A DNA stretch of 63,722 bases, counting the filler, from Octopus bimaculoides (lineage: Eukaryota), in NCBI RefSeq assembly GCF_001194135.2. It is 9 parts of 8 records of this genome, joined end to end, with 100 filler letters (N's around TTAATTAATTAA, not from the genome) between each part and the next. Parts side by side here need not be neighbours in the genome. Positions count along the whole stretch, not along the records: positions 1 to 23,678 come from NC_068988.1; 8 more parts are not named here. One strand, 5' to 3'. Below, piece by piece: positions 1 through 12,889 of this stretch. The position numbers were made by a program, and so were the translations under genes. Below the pieces are notes generated by a model. That model was not told the DNA's origin. It saw only the letters and a list, made by a program, of their open reading frames with translations, and ran no database searches. The stretch's first letter is position 1. Every line of letters starts with the position of its first letter.

Positions 1-38
<38 letters not shown>
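1..38. repeat. (TTA)n microsatellite
   Basis: Pure TTA repeat at window start. Confidence 0.95.
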
Positions 39-39
<1 letters not shown>

Positions 40-40
<1 letters not shown>

Positions 41-201
41 AAGTCGATAGGTATGACAGATTAGCTTGGGAGGTAAAACAGTTGTGGTCGTCGAAAAAGG
101 TGGTAGTGGTACCAGTAATTGTCGGCGCCCTAGAAACAGTGAGTAAAAATCTTGAGAAGTACATGGAACAAATAGAGGCTGCAATAAGTGTGAAGCACTT
201 G
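40..201 (+). mobile_element. Dong/R4-clade (RLE) non-LTR retrotransposon, C-terminal endonuclease fragment
   Basis: Frame from 40 reads KVDRYDRLAWEVKQLWSSKKVVVVPVIVGALETVSKNLEKYMEQI, matching the K..KY..L..E...LW....V.VVP.V.GALG motif at the end of restriction-like endonuclease LINEs. Confidence 0.7.
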
Positions 202-202
202 C

Positions 203-322
203 ACCCCAAAAGGATGAAAGGCAAAGTCGACCTCGGCGGAATTTGAACTAACAACGTTAAAACGGACGAAATGCCGCTAAGCATTTCGTCCGGTGTGCTA
301 CTGATTCTGCCAACTTGCCGCC
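203..322 (-). mobile_element. tRNA-derived SINE, family A (GCCTTTCATCCTTT central domain)
   Basis: Reverse complement GGCGGCAAGTTGGCAGAATC...CCGAGGTCGACTTTGCCTTTCATCCTTTT is near-identical to copies at 16222, 16428 and 49660. Confidence 0.85.
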
Positions 323-1720
323 TTTCTATCAACAATAATAATACAAACAACAACGAAAACTGCAATAGCTGCAGTATCAGGTAGAGCAGCACTGATGTAG
401 TTAATGTTATCGTAGTTTTATATCTGCTAGCATAAATGTTTGGCTGATTTTACTCTTAGCCTGATTTTTCGATGGGTCTCTATTTCGTGGTCTTCAGGTG
501 ATTCATTCTTTCCAAATACTTATCCATCACATGGATTTGAAATCTAAGTCTTGATTTCTAATGCAATTTAATAACAGTTATACCCCCTACGCCAAATGTA
601 TATTGAAGTATATCTTTCTGTGTGTACATGATTGTGCGTTCATATCGGTAATAATAGCAGACACGTTCATTCTTGAAATAAAATACTAGTTAAACGTCGG
701 GTTTATATCATCGACTTATGGCCTACCTCAACATCTGGGACCCCGTGCAATATTAGAAGCAATTTTGTATGCTACTTTTAATTAAATGGAATATTTGCAG
801 AAGTTGCATAAAACTTCTGATTATAAAATAATATCAGCAATGAATCACAAATTATGTTAAATAGCTACTTCTAAAAAAAAACCTTATTTCACTATCACTT
901 TATCTCTTGCATTTTCTCTCTCCCTCCCTCTTTTCTCACATCTCTCTTCCTTTTCTCCCTCTTTTATTCCCCCGTTTTTATTGCTCAAAATATTTCTTTC
1001 TATCTCGCCATCTCACTCTGTCCCTCACATTCAGTATCTTTCAGATTCATTAACCCTATTCAAACTGTCTGTCACTAGTGAAGATTTAATGATTACAGTT
1101 ATACTACATCCTCCTTCTAAACATGACTGTTCCGTTTATATAACCATTACGCATCCTGGACAATATATTTAAGCTAATAAATGAATAGAGCCATTGATTG
1201 TATAGCAAAGATCAAATAAAAAATGTCTCTGAAGAAACAAATAATTGTATACATCGACCAAAAGGAGTTACTAAAATTCATAAGACAAAGTATACTTATA
1301 TTTAAATCAGAGTTAGATTCTGAGATTTCTTTGAATTGTATAAGGTTTGTAGCTAAATTGGGAAAGAAAGAAAACACGTCGACATTCAGAATGTTAGTAG
1401 TCTTGAGTGGTAGATCAAATCAATCGCTTGGCTTAACATAACCATCACATGGGCCCTTGGCAGTCATCAACTGAGTTCCCCATATTGCATATATTCAGAC
1501 CATATTGATACCCAAAATATTATTTGGTCAACCAAAGAAACATGTTATTTTTTTAACTGCGAGAAATAGCAGTCAGTCTCCCTCAAATTGCATGCTGCTA
1601 TCTTTAATAAAGAAGGATATATTGGATGGACAATGACTGATATCAAGATGCGATGATTGTGATTTGAATGTCTTTGGTCATAAGTATGCCCAGTTCTGGT
1701 TGACCTGAGGTTAAAAAACA

Positions 1721-2760
1721 ATGGAGACCTACAAATTGTGTTTCATTTTCCCCTTCGTCTCATCAAACTCGGAGACCCTGAAAATAGTTAGGGATGCTAC
1801 CGTTCCTTTTCTGATTAAGATCTATGTACCCAACAATGCAATAATAAATATCTACATTTATTACCTCCAGATACTCACGAAAGATGTGTTGTGTGCATCT
1901 CTACACATTTAGATTATACTTCCAGCAGTAGATAGACATACAATAATGTTTCCAGTTGAACATGACAAAACACTTATGCAATTTTCAGTAGATATCTGAA
2001 ACCATAGAAATTTTGCCTCCACGTTGATAGTATATTACACTGCTATCATGACTCCAGATGAACACAGCATTATAATAGCATTTTTACGCGAACATATTCA
2101 GAGACCGTATCGTATTGTTTAATATGATTAAATACTGCACGAAAATGACATTTTCAAATGAATGCAGCATCGCCAGTCTACCTTCAATTAATGTATAGAG
2201 ACATCAGACATGACATCCGGACATACATTACACTTTGTTCCCGTTACCATTGTGTTTGCAAGTACATAAAGAAATACAAAAGCCATGTCTTCCTTTATAC
2301 GCTATACTATAATCCTGCCTCTATATGAATATATCTCAAAATGTATATTAAACAGTACTCGTGACCAGATACGCAGCGTTTTTATATTGTAACCGTCTCA
2401 AAAGATATTCAAGACGGCAGTCATCTACTCCATATACAAAGTTAGCTCGGAAATCGCCTTTTCAGGTATACAAAAACAGACGACAATAATTTCTATTGAT
2501 GTACATATGCAGCAGATAATCGCGTCACCAGACGACAAGATAGCATAGTACAACAGATCAACTACAGTGTTTATACTTAACTCTCATTGCATACTGAATA
2601 ACTTCCATTTACCAGAAACAATTTGTAACTTGATAGTTTATACTAACGTTGTAACATGAACAAATTCTCTCATATCCTGTTCCTAATTACTTTCGTGGCA
2701 TGCTGAGTGATGCATTGGGGAGAGTTCATTCAGTGCGAGTTAGAAAATGTCGATACAACA
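1721..2760 (+). pseudogene. Possible decayed rhodopsin-class GPCR
   Basis: High-complexity unique sequence. Broken frames give CASLHI*IILPAVDRHTIMFPV (TM3/DRY-like), SVFIL*PSQKIFKTAVIYSIYK (TM5-like) and RSTTVFILNSHCILNNFHLPETICNLIV (TM6-like) in the expected order, with many stops. Confidence 0.3.
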
Positions 2761-2879
2761 GACGATAGCTGAGAATTACAAAGTTCACCAATGTAATTGC
2801 AATGTTTTAAAATTGTTTTTACCGTCTAATCACAACGTACACGTCTGACTGCGAAAACTTATACTCGTGCATAGTTGCA

Positions 2880-3430
2880 TGTATTCATACAAACATACAT
2901 AATCACATACATAGATGCAACAATCTATCAATTTATTTACCTATCTCTCCACCTCTCATCTCCGTTCCCCCCTCTCTCTCTTCTTCTATCTATCTGTCTA
3001 TCTATATATATGTGTATGTGCGCATATGTGTATTTGTGTGTCCTTTTATTTACACAAACAAATCTAAATGAAAAATATATGAAGACTAATAATTTGATCT
3101 GTACTTAATATATCTATACATGTTCATTTATGTGTGTGTGTATAGTGTGCACGCACACACAAACACACAATACACACACAAATATACATATTTAGATAGA
3201 AAAACAGACAGGCAAAGAGACAAACATAGATAGATAGATAGATAAATAGATAGATTAATAGATAGATAGATAGATAGATGCCTACATATATACTTACATA
3301 GCCATACATACATACATATACATATGCATGCATACATACGTACGTACATACATGTATGCATGCATACGTACACACATACGTACATACATACATACATACA
3401 TACATGCATACACACATATACTTATGCATG
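2880..3430. repeat. Compound microsatellite block (CA, TAGA, TACA units)
   Basis: Visible (ATAG)n and (ATAC)n runs; source of the spurious ORFs 2875-3619. Confidence 0.85.
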
Positions 3431-3800
3431 TGCTTGAATGTCAGCATATTTCTGTCTGTACGTGTGTATAAAAATCATTACATATTTTCCTTAGCGAGGT
3501 TTTTGAGGCTCTTACAGAATGGCTGCGAGGAAAAAAAAACAGCGCATTTCAATGTGGACCAATATAAATGGGCTGCAATGCGTTTGGAATCGGCTGAAAT
3601 GCATTTACTTATTACCTAACAACATTAAAACATGTGGATAGAACTAGAGATTAGTAAGTTAAATAAAGATTACAGGTTCAAAGCCTAGCTTAATTTAACA
3701 AATTGAGACTTACCTCGAGACGATAAAAGACAATAGCGATGCTACAATTTCAGCAGCATTTTTGATAAAGCGTATTGCATAAAACGAATATATATATGTA

Positions 3801-3974
3801 GGCGCAGGAGTGGCTGTGTGGTAAGTAGCTTGCTTACGAATCATATGGTTCCGGGTACAGTCCCACTGCGTGGCACCTTGGGCAAGTGTCTTCTACTATC
3901 GACTCGAGCCGACCAAAGCCTTGTGAGTGGATTTGGTAGACGGAAACTGAAAGAATCCCGTCGTATGTATATAT

Positions 3975-4019
<45 letters not shown>

Positions 4020-4210
4020 TCCCCTCACCATCGCTTGACAACCGATGCTTGTGTGTTTACGTCACCGTAACTTAGCGGTCCGGCAAAAGCAGACCGATAG
4101 AATAAGTACTAGGCTTACAAAGAATAAGTCCTTGGGCCGATTTGCTTGACTAAAGGTGATGCTCCAGCATGGCCGCAGTCAAATGGCTGAAACAAGTAAA
4201 ACAGTAAAGA
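3801..4210 (+). mobile_element. tRNA-derived CORE-like SINE, family B, near full length with internal (GT)n
   Basis: A-box TGGCTGTGTGG, B-box-like GGTACAGTCCC, CORE-like GGCACCTTGGGCAAGT, internal GT repeat, 3' tail CCAGCATGGCCGCAGTCAAATGGCTGAAACAAGTAAAA. Multiple partial copies elsewhere in the window. Confidence 0.9.
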
Positions 4211-4244
4211 ATATATATATATATATATATATACATACATACAT

Positions 4245-5971
4245 ACATACTGTCTTTTTCACACATGCACGAGATAACCTTTTACCACTTCTTCGTCGGA
4301 CGTACATCTCGCCATCAGAACCAATCATTAAACTTCGATTCATCGCTGTTCTTCTGTCCAAATGATATGTTCGTGGGCGAAACAAAGACGGGTTCTTTGA
4401 TTCTTCTTGGAGATCAGAGGTTTCTTCACCGGTGCCCGAGCAAGCAGCCCAGAACCTCGTAACCTCCGAGAAACTGTTTTGCGCGACACGTTGACATCGG
4501 AAGTGGAGCTAAACTCGCAGGATATCTCAGCAGTACCCTGAGGAATTTCAACCATGTTTCTTGGTCTGCTACCACAACAGCTCCTTTATAGGATCCAGTT
4601 AGCTCAAGACATCATCAGGAGGAACCACGTCCGGTTTCGGCCCCTACTCCTCTATCGTTTTGACGTGGCGGGGCCACCCCCTTTCGGAGGTGTCTTCAGC
4701 TCTGGTGTTGGGTGCATGTCTTCTTTCACTGTCTGTGACTGTTCTAATTCAACTGTGGAATGTCCCTCGCTATGGTNNNNNNNNNNNNNNNNNNNNNNNN
4801 NNNNNNNNNNNNNNNNNNNNNNNNNNNNNNNNNNNNNNNNNNNNNNNNNNNNNNNNNNNNNNNNNNNNNNNNNNNNNNNNNNNNNNNNNNNNNNNNNNNN
4901 NNNNNNNNNNNNNNNNNNNNNNNNNNNNNNNNNNNNNNNNNNNNNNNNNNNNNNNNNNNNNNNNNNNNNNNNNNNNNNNNNNNNNNNNNNNNNNNNNNNN
5001 NNNNNNNNNNNNNNNNNNNNNNNNNNNNNNNNNNNNNNNNNNNNNNNNNNNNNNNNNNNNNNNNNNNNNNNNNNNNNNNNNNNNNNNNNNNNNNNNNNNA
5101 TACCTTCCCTTGGTGGATTAGGATCCAGTTAGCTGAAGACATTATCAGGAGGAACCACGTCCGGTTTCGGCCCCTATTCCTCTACCGTTTTGACGTGACG
5201 GGGCCCCTCCTTTCGGAGGTGTCTTCAGCTCTGGTGTTGGGTGTATGTCTTCTTTCTTGTATTCCCTGGCCTCTTCGATGCAGCATCAACGAGTGTCAGC
5301 GTCCGACTGATCGTCATGTCAAGTTCCCCTTTTTATATCTGCTGCTAGGCTCCAGCAGGCAGCCCCAGCTAGTTGTCACGTGACACTGTCTAAATTTCCC
5401 GTTAGTGACATTATAACCACAATACGATTCTGCCTTGGTGAAGTTTTACTAGGTCCACCACTTTTGGATTTGGCATCTGTTGATCATGATGACTTAAAAC
5501 GATCTACAATTCGTTGCACAACGCTTCTAGACTTTCCTACAGTTGTTGCTATCACAGAATTTGACTCGCTCTCTTGATAAAGACTCATAATCCTTTGTTT
5601 TCATCACTGGACACCGGTCGTCTCTCACCAGCAGCTATGTTGACAGTTGAATGTTCCAATAATTTAAGATCATAAGAAGAAACAGTTAGTTTAATAACAG
5701 TCTTGTAAACAACCAACACCTCGATTAGTCGTTCATTTTTTTTTTTTGAAGTTACTCTTAACTTTTGGTCGCTGTAATTTGGAAGACTGTTTGTTTATTT
5801 CCTCATAACTTACAAAATATTGATTCCATTCACTTGAAATTTTCACGTAAGATAGATATTAGACATATCTAAATATATGTAAAATATCTAGTCTCAACGT
5901 GTTTTTAATCTTCTATAATAACTATATCAATACACTTGTTCTTACTGAACCTTATATTATGGCCGCTACTG
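4245..5971 (-). mobile_element. Tc1-family DNA transposon, 3'-truncated and interrupted by a nested insertion
   Basis: Terminus TA|CAGTAGCGGCCATAA at 5971. N-terminal HTH MSLYQESESNSVIATTVGKSRSVVQRIVDRF (5390-5590) continues after the insert as TAEISCEFSSTSDVNVSRKTVSRRLRGSGLLARAPVKKPLISKKNQRTRLCFAHEHIIWTEEQ, followed by a DESKF-like motif. Confidence 0.75.
4540..5385 (-). mobile_element. GC-rich LTR-like insertion with two ~138-bp direct repeats
   Basis: Begins TGTCACGTGACA at 5385 on the minus strand; TATAAAA at 5331-5337; direct repeats at 4589-4727 and 5119-5256; TGGTAGCAGA at 4574-4565; splits the Tc1 ORF. No target-site duplication found. Confidence 0.45.
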
Positions 5972-6109
5972 TATCTCTCTTATTGTAAAAAGGTGTGAAA
6001 GCACCCCGTTCGTTCAGTGTTACCATCTATTAGGTATCTCAATAGATGACAACACTGAACGTAAAGGGTTTTTTCACACCTATTTGCCATAAGAGTGAAT
6101 GGCCTGAGT

Positions 6110-6330
6110 AAATGGCTTGAGGTCGCGCGGTATAAACGACCAACCTCATATACGGTAATAAACTTCTTATACGAGCTGTTCGCAAGATTTGGTGTACCGG
6201 ATATAATTGTCTCTGATAAAGGAACACAGTTTGGATCCTGTTAGCTTAAAAGTTTCTGCGATAGAACATAAAACAATACCACCGTATCAACCTAGATCGA
6301 ATGGAAGAGCCGAACGGTTCGTGGTTACTT
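6110..6330 (+). mobile_element. Ty3/Gypsy LTR retrotransposon integrase core fragment
   Basis: KWLEVARYKRPTSYTVINFLYELFARFGVPDIIVSDKGTQF, then (frameshift) AIEHKTIPPYQPRSNGRAERFV; classic rve D..E motifs. Confidence 0.8.
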
Positions 6331-6348
6331 TGTCCCTTTTTTGTATCA

Positions 6349-6383
<35 letters not shown>

Positions 6384-7324
6384 NNNNNNNNNNNNNNNNN
6401 NNNNNNNNNNNNNNNNNNNNNNNNNNNNNNNNNNNNNNNNNNNNNNNNNNNNNNNNNNNNNNNNNNNNNNNNNNNNNNNNNNNNNNNNNNNNNNNNNNNN
6501 NNNNNNNNNNNNNNNNNNNNNNNNNNNNNNNNNNNNNNNNNNNNNNNNNNNNNNNNNNNNNNNNNNNNNNNNNNNNNNNNNNNNNNNNNNNNNNTATATA
6601 TATAAGTACCACGAAAAATTATATCATATATGAGTGTGCGTACGTGTATGTATGCATGTGTGTATAAGTGTGTGTACGTGTGCGCGCGGGTGCGTAACGA
6701 AAAGGTTATAAAGTATAGCTTGCATGCTTATGGTAAATAGTAATATTACAGCATGTGTAACTCATTGGAGATATCTCAATCTGTTTTAGTTGAGTTATCG
6801 CCCCTTGCTTGCTGGTTTTGAAAATATTTAAACACCCAAAGGGAGTGTTTTTTGCCTATTATTTGCATGAATGACCTCAGCTTAATCGAAGACTTCCATT
6901 TCACTATTTTACTACTAACCAATATCCTCGCATGGTCTCCATATAATTAAAAACTATAATGTTTTAAAATGTCTGTTCAAAATTTGAATTACTATCGCAG
7001 TGCAAATTGTGGTTTGGAGCATAGGCATATGAAATTGAGCTAACGTATTATTTATAAGGCCATAACTTTTTAATTGAAGGAAAATATATTTAACCGGAAG
7101 TCTAAACTAGTTTAGACTTACAGTTTCAGGCTCTTCTGATTGGCAAATTAAATGTAAAAAACAATACAAGCACGAAACTTTTTGTTATTCTTTAAAAACG
7201 AATTTGCTAATTACTTCTTGGAAAAATCATGCAAGTGTTTCACTGAGCTAAAGCTTACTCGATAGGAAGCAGGTTTCGTGTTTCAAATACTGGTGCAAGC
7301 AAAAATAAAATAAGATAACAATAA

Positions 7325-7417
7325 TGATAATAACAACATCCATAATAATAATTATTATTATAGTTATTATTACTATTATTATTATTATTATTATTGTTCT
7401 TGTTGTTCTTGTTATTA

Positions 7418-7479
<62 letters not shown>
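7325..7479. repeat. (TTA)n microsatellite, imperfect
   Basis: Long TTA/TTG run; a second TTA run lies at 7766-7808. Confidence 0.9.
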
Positions 7480-7555
7480 GTTCAGAAGTTTTATTTTTAT
7501 AACGTGCTTTGACTTCACTACCGAGCGCAGCTCTGTGTGCCTTGGGTATGTGCTG
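7480..7555 (-). mobile_element. 3' end of Dong/R4-like LINE abutting (TAA)n
   Basis: TTTTAT..ACGTGCTTT..CACTACCGA.CG..GCTCTG..TGCC.TGGGTATGTGCTG is homologous to 48165-48235, which is contiguous with RLE coding sequence. Confidence 0.65.
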
Positions 7556-7765
7556 NNNNNNNNNNNNNNNNNNNNNNNNNNNNNNNNNNNNNNNNNNNNN
7601 NNNNNNNNNNNNNNNNNNNNNNNNNNNNNNNNNNNNNNNNNNNNNNNNNNNNNNNNNNNNNNNNNNNNNNNNNNNNNNNNNNNNNNNNNNNNNNNNNNNN
7701 NNNNNNNNNNNNNNNNNNNNNNNNNNNNNNNNNNNNNNNNNNNNNNNNNNNNNNNNNNNNNNNNN

Positions 7766-7808
<43 letters not shown>

Positions 7809-8234
7809 TGGACTCGTAGATTTCAAAGCGGAAGAACTTGTGTTCGTGAGCTGTAAATTTTCGTTCAATTTTTACAGATAATATTGTTGTATCTGAAAAT
7901 TGTTTACGACATTTCTGTGGCCAGGCCGACTAGGCTCTTGCTGAGCTGAGCGGGACTTTACTCCTTTTGGGGCGAATTTTCAATTTAAATTCTGCATTTT
8001 TATATTTTTCAATTTTAAAATTTTGCAAAGTGCCTCTGGAGAAGAGTGTCAACTCTTCTTTTCTTTTTGACTCCCCCCCCCACCACACTCTGTTGTCGGA
8101 AAACAACCACAAAAGATTAGTTTTTAAATTAACTCTCTCCCCTATCTCTGCGCCTTAAAAGGCAGAGAGAGGGACGACCAAAGTCTTCCTAACTTGTGCA
8201 ACGCTGAGCAACAGAAGGATGAAGAAGAAAAGAA

Positions 8235-8810
8235 ATGCGAAAAAGAAGAGGAAAGAGCAAGGAATTTCAGCTAATGGACGCTACTAGCGTCGCAACACCT
8301 GTGAATCCAAGCCCTCCAACTATCACCACTAACACTAATATATTGAATGCTCAACAACAGCAACAACCAAATGCATTAAACAGCCGAGGTTTTGCTTCAA
8401 TGGCAAAGCCTAGAAATTAATTCATTAATATTTCTGTAGAATCTCTCAAAGTCGACAGAAATATATTAAAAACAAAATCGAAAGATGTGTTACGATAAAC
8501 ACACTTCCAGGTATTATAGACAATACAAACAAACGTACCGTAGTGTACAAAACTATATCTTTAAAAAATAGACGCTTAGAAACTGCCACAAAGCAAGCAG
8601 TTGAAAAATACTTGCAACCCATTTGGAAAAACGTAACATATCTGTCGAGGGGTAAGAAATATGGCACAATTTAAGTTAGATTTGCTACAGAAGACTTAGC
8701 AAAACAGCACTCAGCAGCCTAGCTGAGAAACAGTGAACTTGTCCCAGCTCTAGCATACTTGGGATGGCACGTCGCCAAGATACAAATACTGGAGACTTTC
8801 AACTTTGGCA
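8235..8810 (+). mobile_element. Degraded ORF1 (gag/RRM-like) of a non-LTR retrotransposon, possibly L1/Tx1-like
   Basis: MDATSVATPVNP...RGFASMAKP*, then in a shifted frame KRTVVYKTISLKNRRLETATKQAVEKYLQPIWKNVTYLSRGKKYGTI*VRFATEDLAK; stops and frameshifts, no splice structure. Confidence 0.4.
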
Positions 8811-9430
8811 TGTGTCAATGACAATAATTTTTTGCCAGTGAATTTATCTTCGTGTCCTATGATATTTCTCTAAATCTATTATTAACCTAAAAGAACTCTG
8901 CAACGAGAATATAGAACTGCAACACATATAATGTTTTACAGTTTTGTCTGCACAAAAAGTATTCCAAATACCGTATCGTTATTTTTTCTCATACTGCAAA
9001 CTGCTCGTGTGCCCATGAAAGGATCTCTACAAGGGTGGTTGAACTGCAAGGCATTCGAACCAAATCTTTTTCACATATTACATAGTACAGTTATAAACAA
9101 AATCATATTGCAAAATTTCCTCTAGATTACATGATAACGCAATAAAAATATAAATGAGATAGTCGTGGCTTGGACGCCGCTAGATATAGATCTTGTTGAG
9201 GGCTGAACTGAGGTTAAATAACACGAACATTGGCACCAACAACATTAACAGCAGCAGACTGCATTATGATTCATGTAATTTTCTGACATATTGTTTGCAA
9301 TATTATTTAATAAACGCAAACCATTAGAACACAATGAAATTCACCTAAGGCGTTTCTAATAACGAGAAAACATCATTTCCCACTTTAGAGTTACGCATAC
9401 ACATGCACAAATACATATATACCGAGAAAG

Positions 9431-9491
<61 letters not shown>

Positions 9492-9748
9492 NNNNNNNNN
9501 NNNNNNNNNNNNNNNNNNNNNNNNNNNNNNNNNNNNNNNNNNNNNNNNNNNNNNNNNNNNNNNNNNNNNNNNNNNNNNNNNNNNNNNNNNNNNNNNNNNN
9601 NNNNNNNNNNNNNNNNNNNNNNNNNNNNNNNNNNNNNNNNNNNNNNNNNNNNNNNNNNNNNNNNNNNNNNNNNNNNNNNNNNNNNNNNNNNNNNNNNNNN
9701 NNNNNNNNNNNNNNNNNNNNNNNNNNNNNNNNNNNNNNNNNNNNNNNN

Positions 9749-9795
<47 letters not shown>

Positions 9796-11913
9796 CCTGC
9801 ATAATTACATGTATGTATACATATAAGCGCGCATATGTATACATACACACATACATATTTACGTACGTACATCCAACCATCTATCTATCCATACATACAT
9901 ATAAACACATACATACACACATACATGCATACCTGCATACACATATATACATACATACAATATATACATATACATGCACGCACATACATACATACGTGCA
10001 TACATACATTCATACATACATACAAATACATACAAATACAGACAGTTTCGCATTCGTAAAGATTTGCCGCTTTGCAATATTTTATGGTGTATTATTATAT
10101 TATTTTATGTCTGACAATGGCAAAGATATAAAGTTTAGCGCAGTATTATATACTTCGCTAGACATATACTGTATCAATCATTGCACTTTCCTCTTGCTTT
10201 CGAGTTTATCATTTTGCTGTCCAGTGTAATTTTATTATTTATGACACGTCTTAGCTGGAAGCGTTCTGTTCTCCGTCCCAAAGCAACACATACATAATTC
10301 TATTCCGCACAAAGTTTCACGAATGATTATGAAATTATTATTCATAACATGATATTAATAGTAATTATTGTTTTAAATTCATGGCTAAGAACCACATAAG
10401 CTATTGAAGAAAATATTTTTAACAAGCAATTATGTTTAGACATCACAAGAATAACTGAACATTTTAGCTAATTCTTAGTAATCTACCGCGAAAGCTACAA
10501 GTAAGGATGTAAAAAGTAGCAACAACAGAATATGAATAACTAAAGAAATGTAAATATAAATTATAAAACATATTGGTTCCATTCTTTGAGACAAGCATCA
10601 ATAATTTTCCAAGAAATATAGTTATAGACAATTGACTCACTTAACCTAACTTTATATCTGATTCCTATATAATTATATAATTATATCATAGTTGAGATCC
10701 TCTTTGCAATCATTCAAGCAAATACATACGTGTATATTACGGTAGCTTTAAAAAGTTATCAATGATATTAGCTAAGTGGAATCTGCCGAGCGTATGGGCG
10801 TAATAGTTTTTCCGGTATTGACGAATCGAATCTTTTTGACTATATGTACGTAAACATCCAAGCTTACAAGTGTGACTGACAAACATTTAACGGTCAATGG
10901 TAATAGGATAATTCTACCTGACAGAGAGGCAGGGGAGTGGTGAACATCGTATAAATTCTGGACTAAAGATATTATAGTATAAGCATACGCTTTTGCATGT
11001 TCCCAGTTCAATTTTGACCTGAATAAACACAACGTATTTTTATATCTTGGTTTGATAAGAAGATGCGTAAAACCCTTGGAGTTTTTTCCCGAAACTTTGA
11101 GCGTGCTTGTAGAAATGCAAAAGAAAGCCAAATTTCAATTGTTAGCTTCAGGCCGAACGCTAGATTCACGCAAAACCAAACACTGAAGGTTATACACCAC
11201 GCAACGGATTAAATTTACCACCAAAAGTCAGGTGGAATATATCATACTGGGTTCCACATAGTTTCTGTCTACTTAATTACATTCCCAAGGCTTCGATTGA
11301 ACGGTCTTATGTTGTAGATCTGTCTCAAGCTTACATATTCATTAGGCTGGAGTTTATTCTCGTTTCTATGATATATATGTCACTGGCAGTACAATAACCC
11401 TCGCTAAACGAATGGTAGTCTGTCTCAGAGATAACCCCCAAGTAGTTGCTGTAGCTACTCTCAGCTCAATCGAAACTTAATGTTTCGCCCAATAACACAA
11501 CGGGCCATTTGGTCTGTGAAATGACACCAAGAATTTATGATCGTCAGTCCAGCACATTATCTGCAGCGCCACACGCCTTCCCAGTCTATCACGCAGTAGA
11601 ATCGTCTCCAAAATCGCATGATTAACTAAGAGGCGTCTTAACAACTCGAGCAGTATTACACCTTCATTTATAATCAATGGGGCGTTTGAATCTTACAGTT
11701 AGATGTCTTTCAGCATAAATTTCTAACCACTCTTGAAGTCAGTATTCCTACGCGGAGATTTTTGGTGGAGCAGGTCAGAGCTCAGTATCCTTGCTAGCGA
11801 TATTCGGTCTGGACAAATCGGTCAGTGCCATGCGGGAAACGAATGTTAGCGAAAACTGAATTTCAGTGAACGAGATGTAGCAGGAATATGTGTGTATGCT
11901 TGGATGAGTATCA

Positions 11914-11987
<74 letters not shown>

Positions 11988-12854
11988 CGTGCGCGTACAT
12001 GCGTGTATGGACCTATATGAATTCATTCTGGTACTCTATCTTATCTGTAGCAAATTTTCTTAAGTTTCATGCTACAAAAGTGCTTGTCTCATATCAGCTA
12101 TTGAAGGAATATCTAACTTGCTGATGCGAGAGAATCACAACAGCAATTTAAATTTAAGAAAAGTAATCTCACGAGACGTATCCATCAAGACAAATTTATC
12201 TTAGCTAACTAAACAATTCCTCCTTCGTCAGGATAAGCACATTCTCCAGACGAGCCTTCCATCATATCACTATATTTAGCATATATTCCTAAACTTTGAT
12301 ATGCGTAAAATGTTATTAGGTACATCGTCTATCCATAGCAAATAGATATCAAACTTATCACAAATGACTACACGCACACAAATTAAACACACAATTTGAT
12401 AATTTCAATACAATTTGTGTCACGTTTGAGGCTAGTGTGAATTTAATCCCATATTCCAAAAGATTTAATTTTTAATGAGTTGTTGCAGTCAAAGACAGAA
12501 AAAAAAAGATACATACCCAAACAAGTGCAACTACTATAAAAAGGCTTTCAAACAACAGCAATAGAAAAAAGGAAATTGATCGTCAAACGAAAGAAAACGG
12601 TACCAATCCATTAAAATAAGCCAAACTACCAAGATGATATAACAACAATGCTACATATATCGACTACTGGAAACATTCCTTCTGACAAGATAGAATAAGA
12701 CAGGGTACAAATGACTCATTCAACAAAATTCCTTTTTTAAGGAATAGGAGTTCCAAATAAAAATAAAAGAAAGAAAGCAATAATAATACAAAGATTCGGA
12801 TAAATATTGAACCAATTGATCCAAAAGTAAAATTATTATGAGCAAACATCAGGA

Positions 12855-12886
<32 letters not shown>

Positions 12887-12889
12887 TTT

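Noticed and set aside
8235-8420. 61-aa ORF with a poly-Q run as a host gene exon
   Set aside because: Continues through stops and frameshifts into an ORF1-like TE sequence and has no splice boundaries.
10772-11760. 119-aa and 66-aa minus-strand ORFs as a gene or Helitron helicase
   Set aside because: No convincing motif; at best a very decayed LINE remnant, too weak to call.
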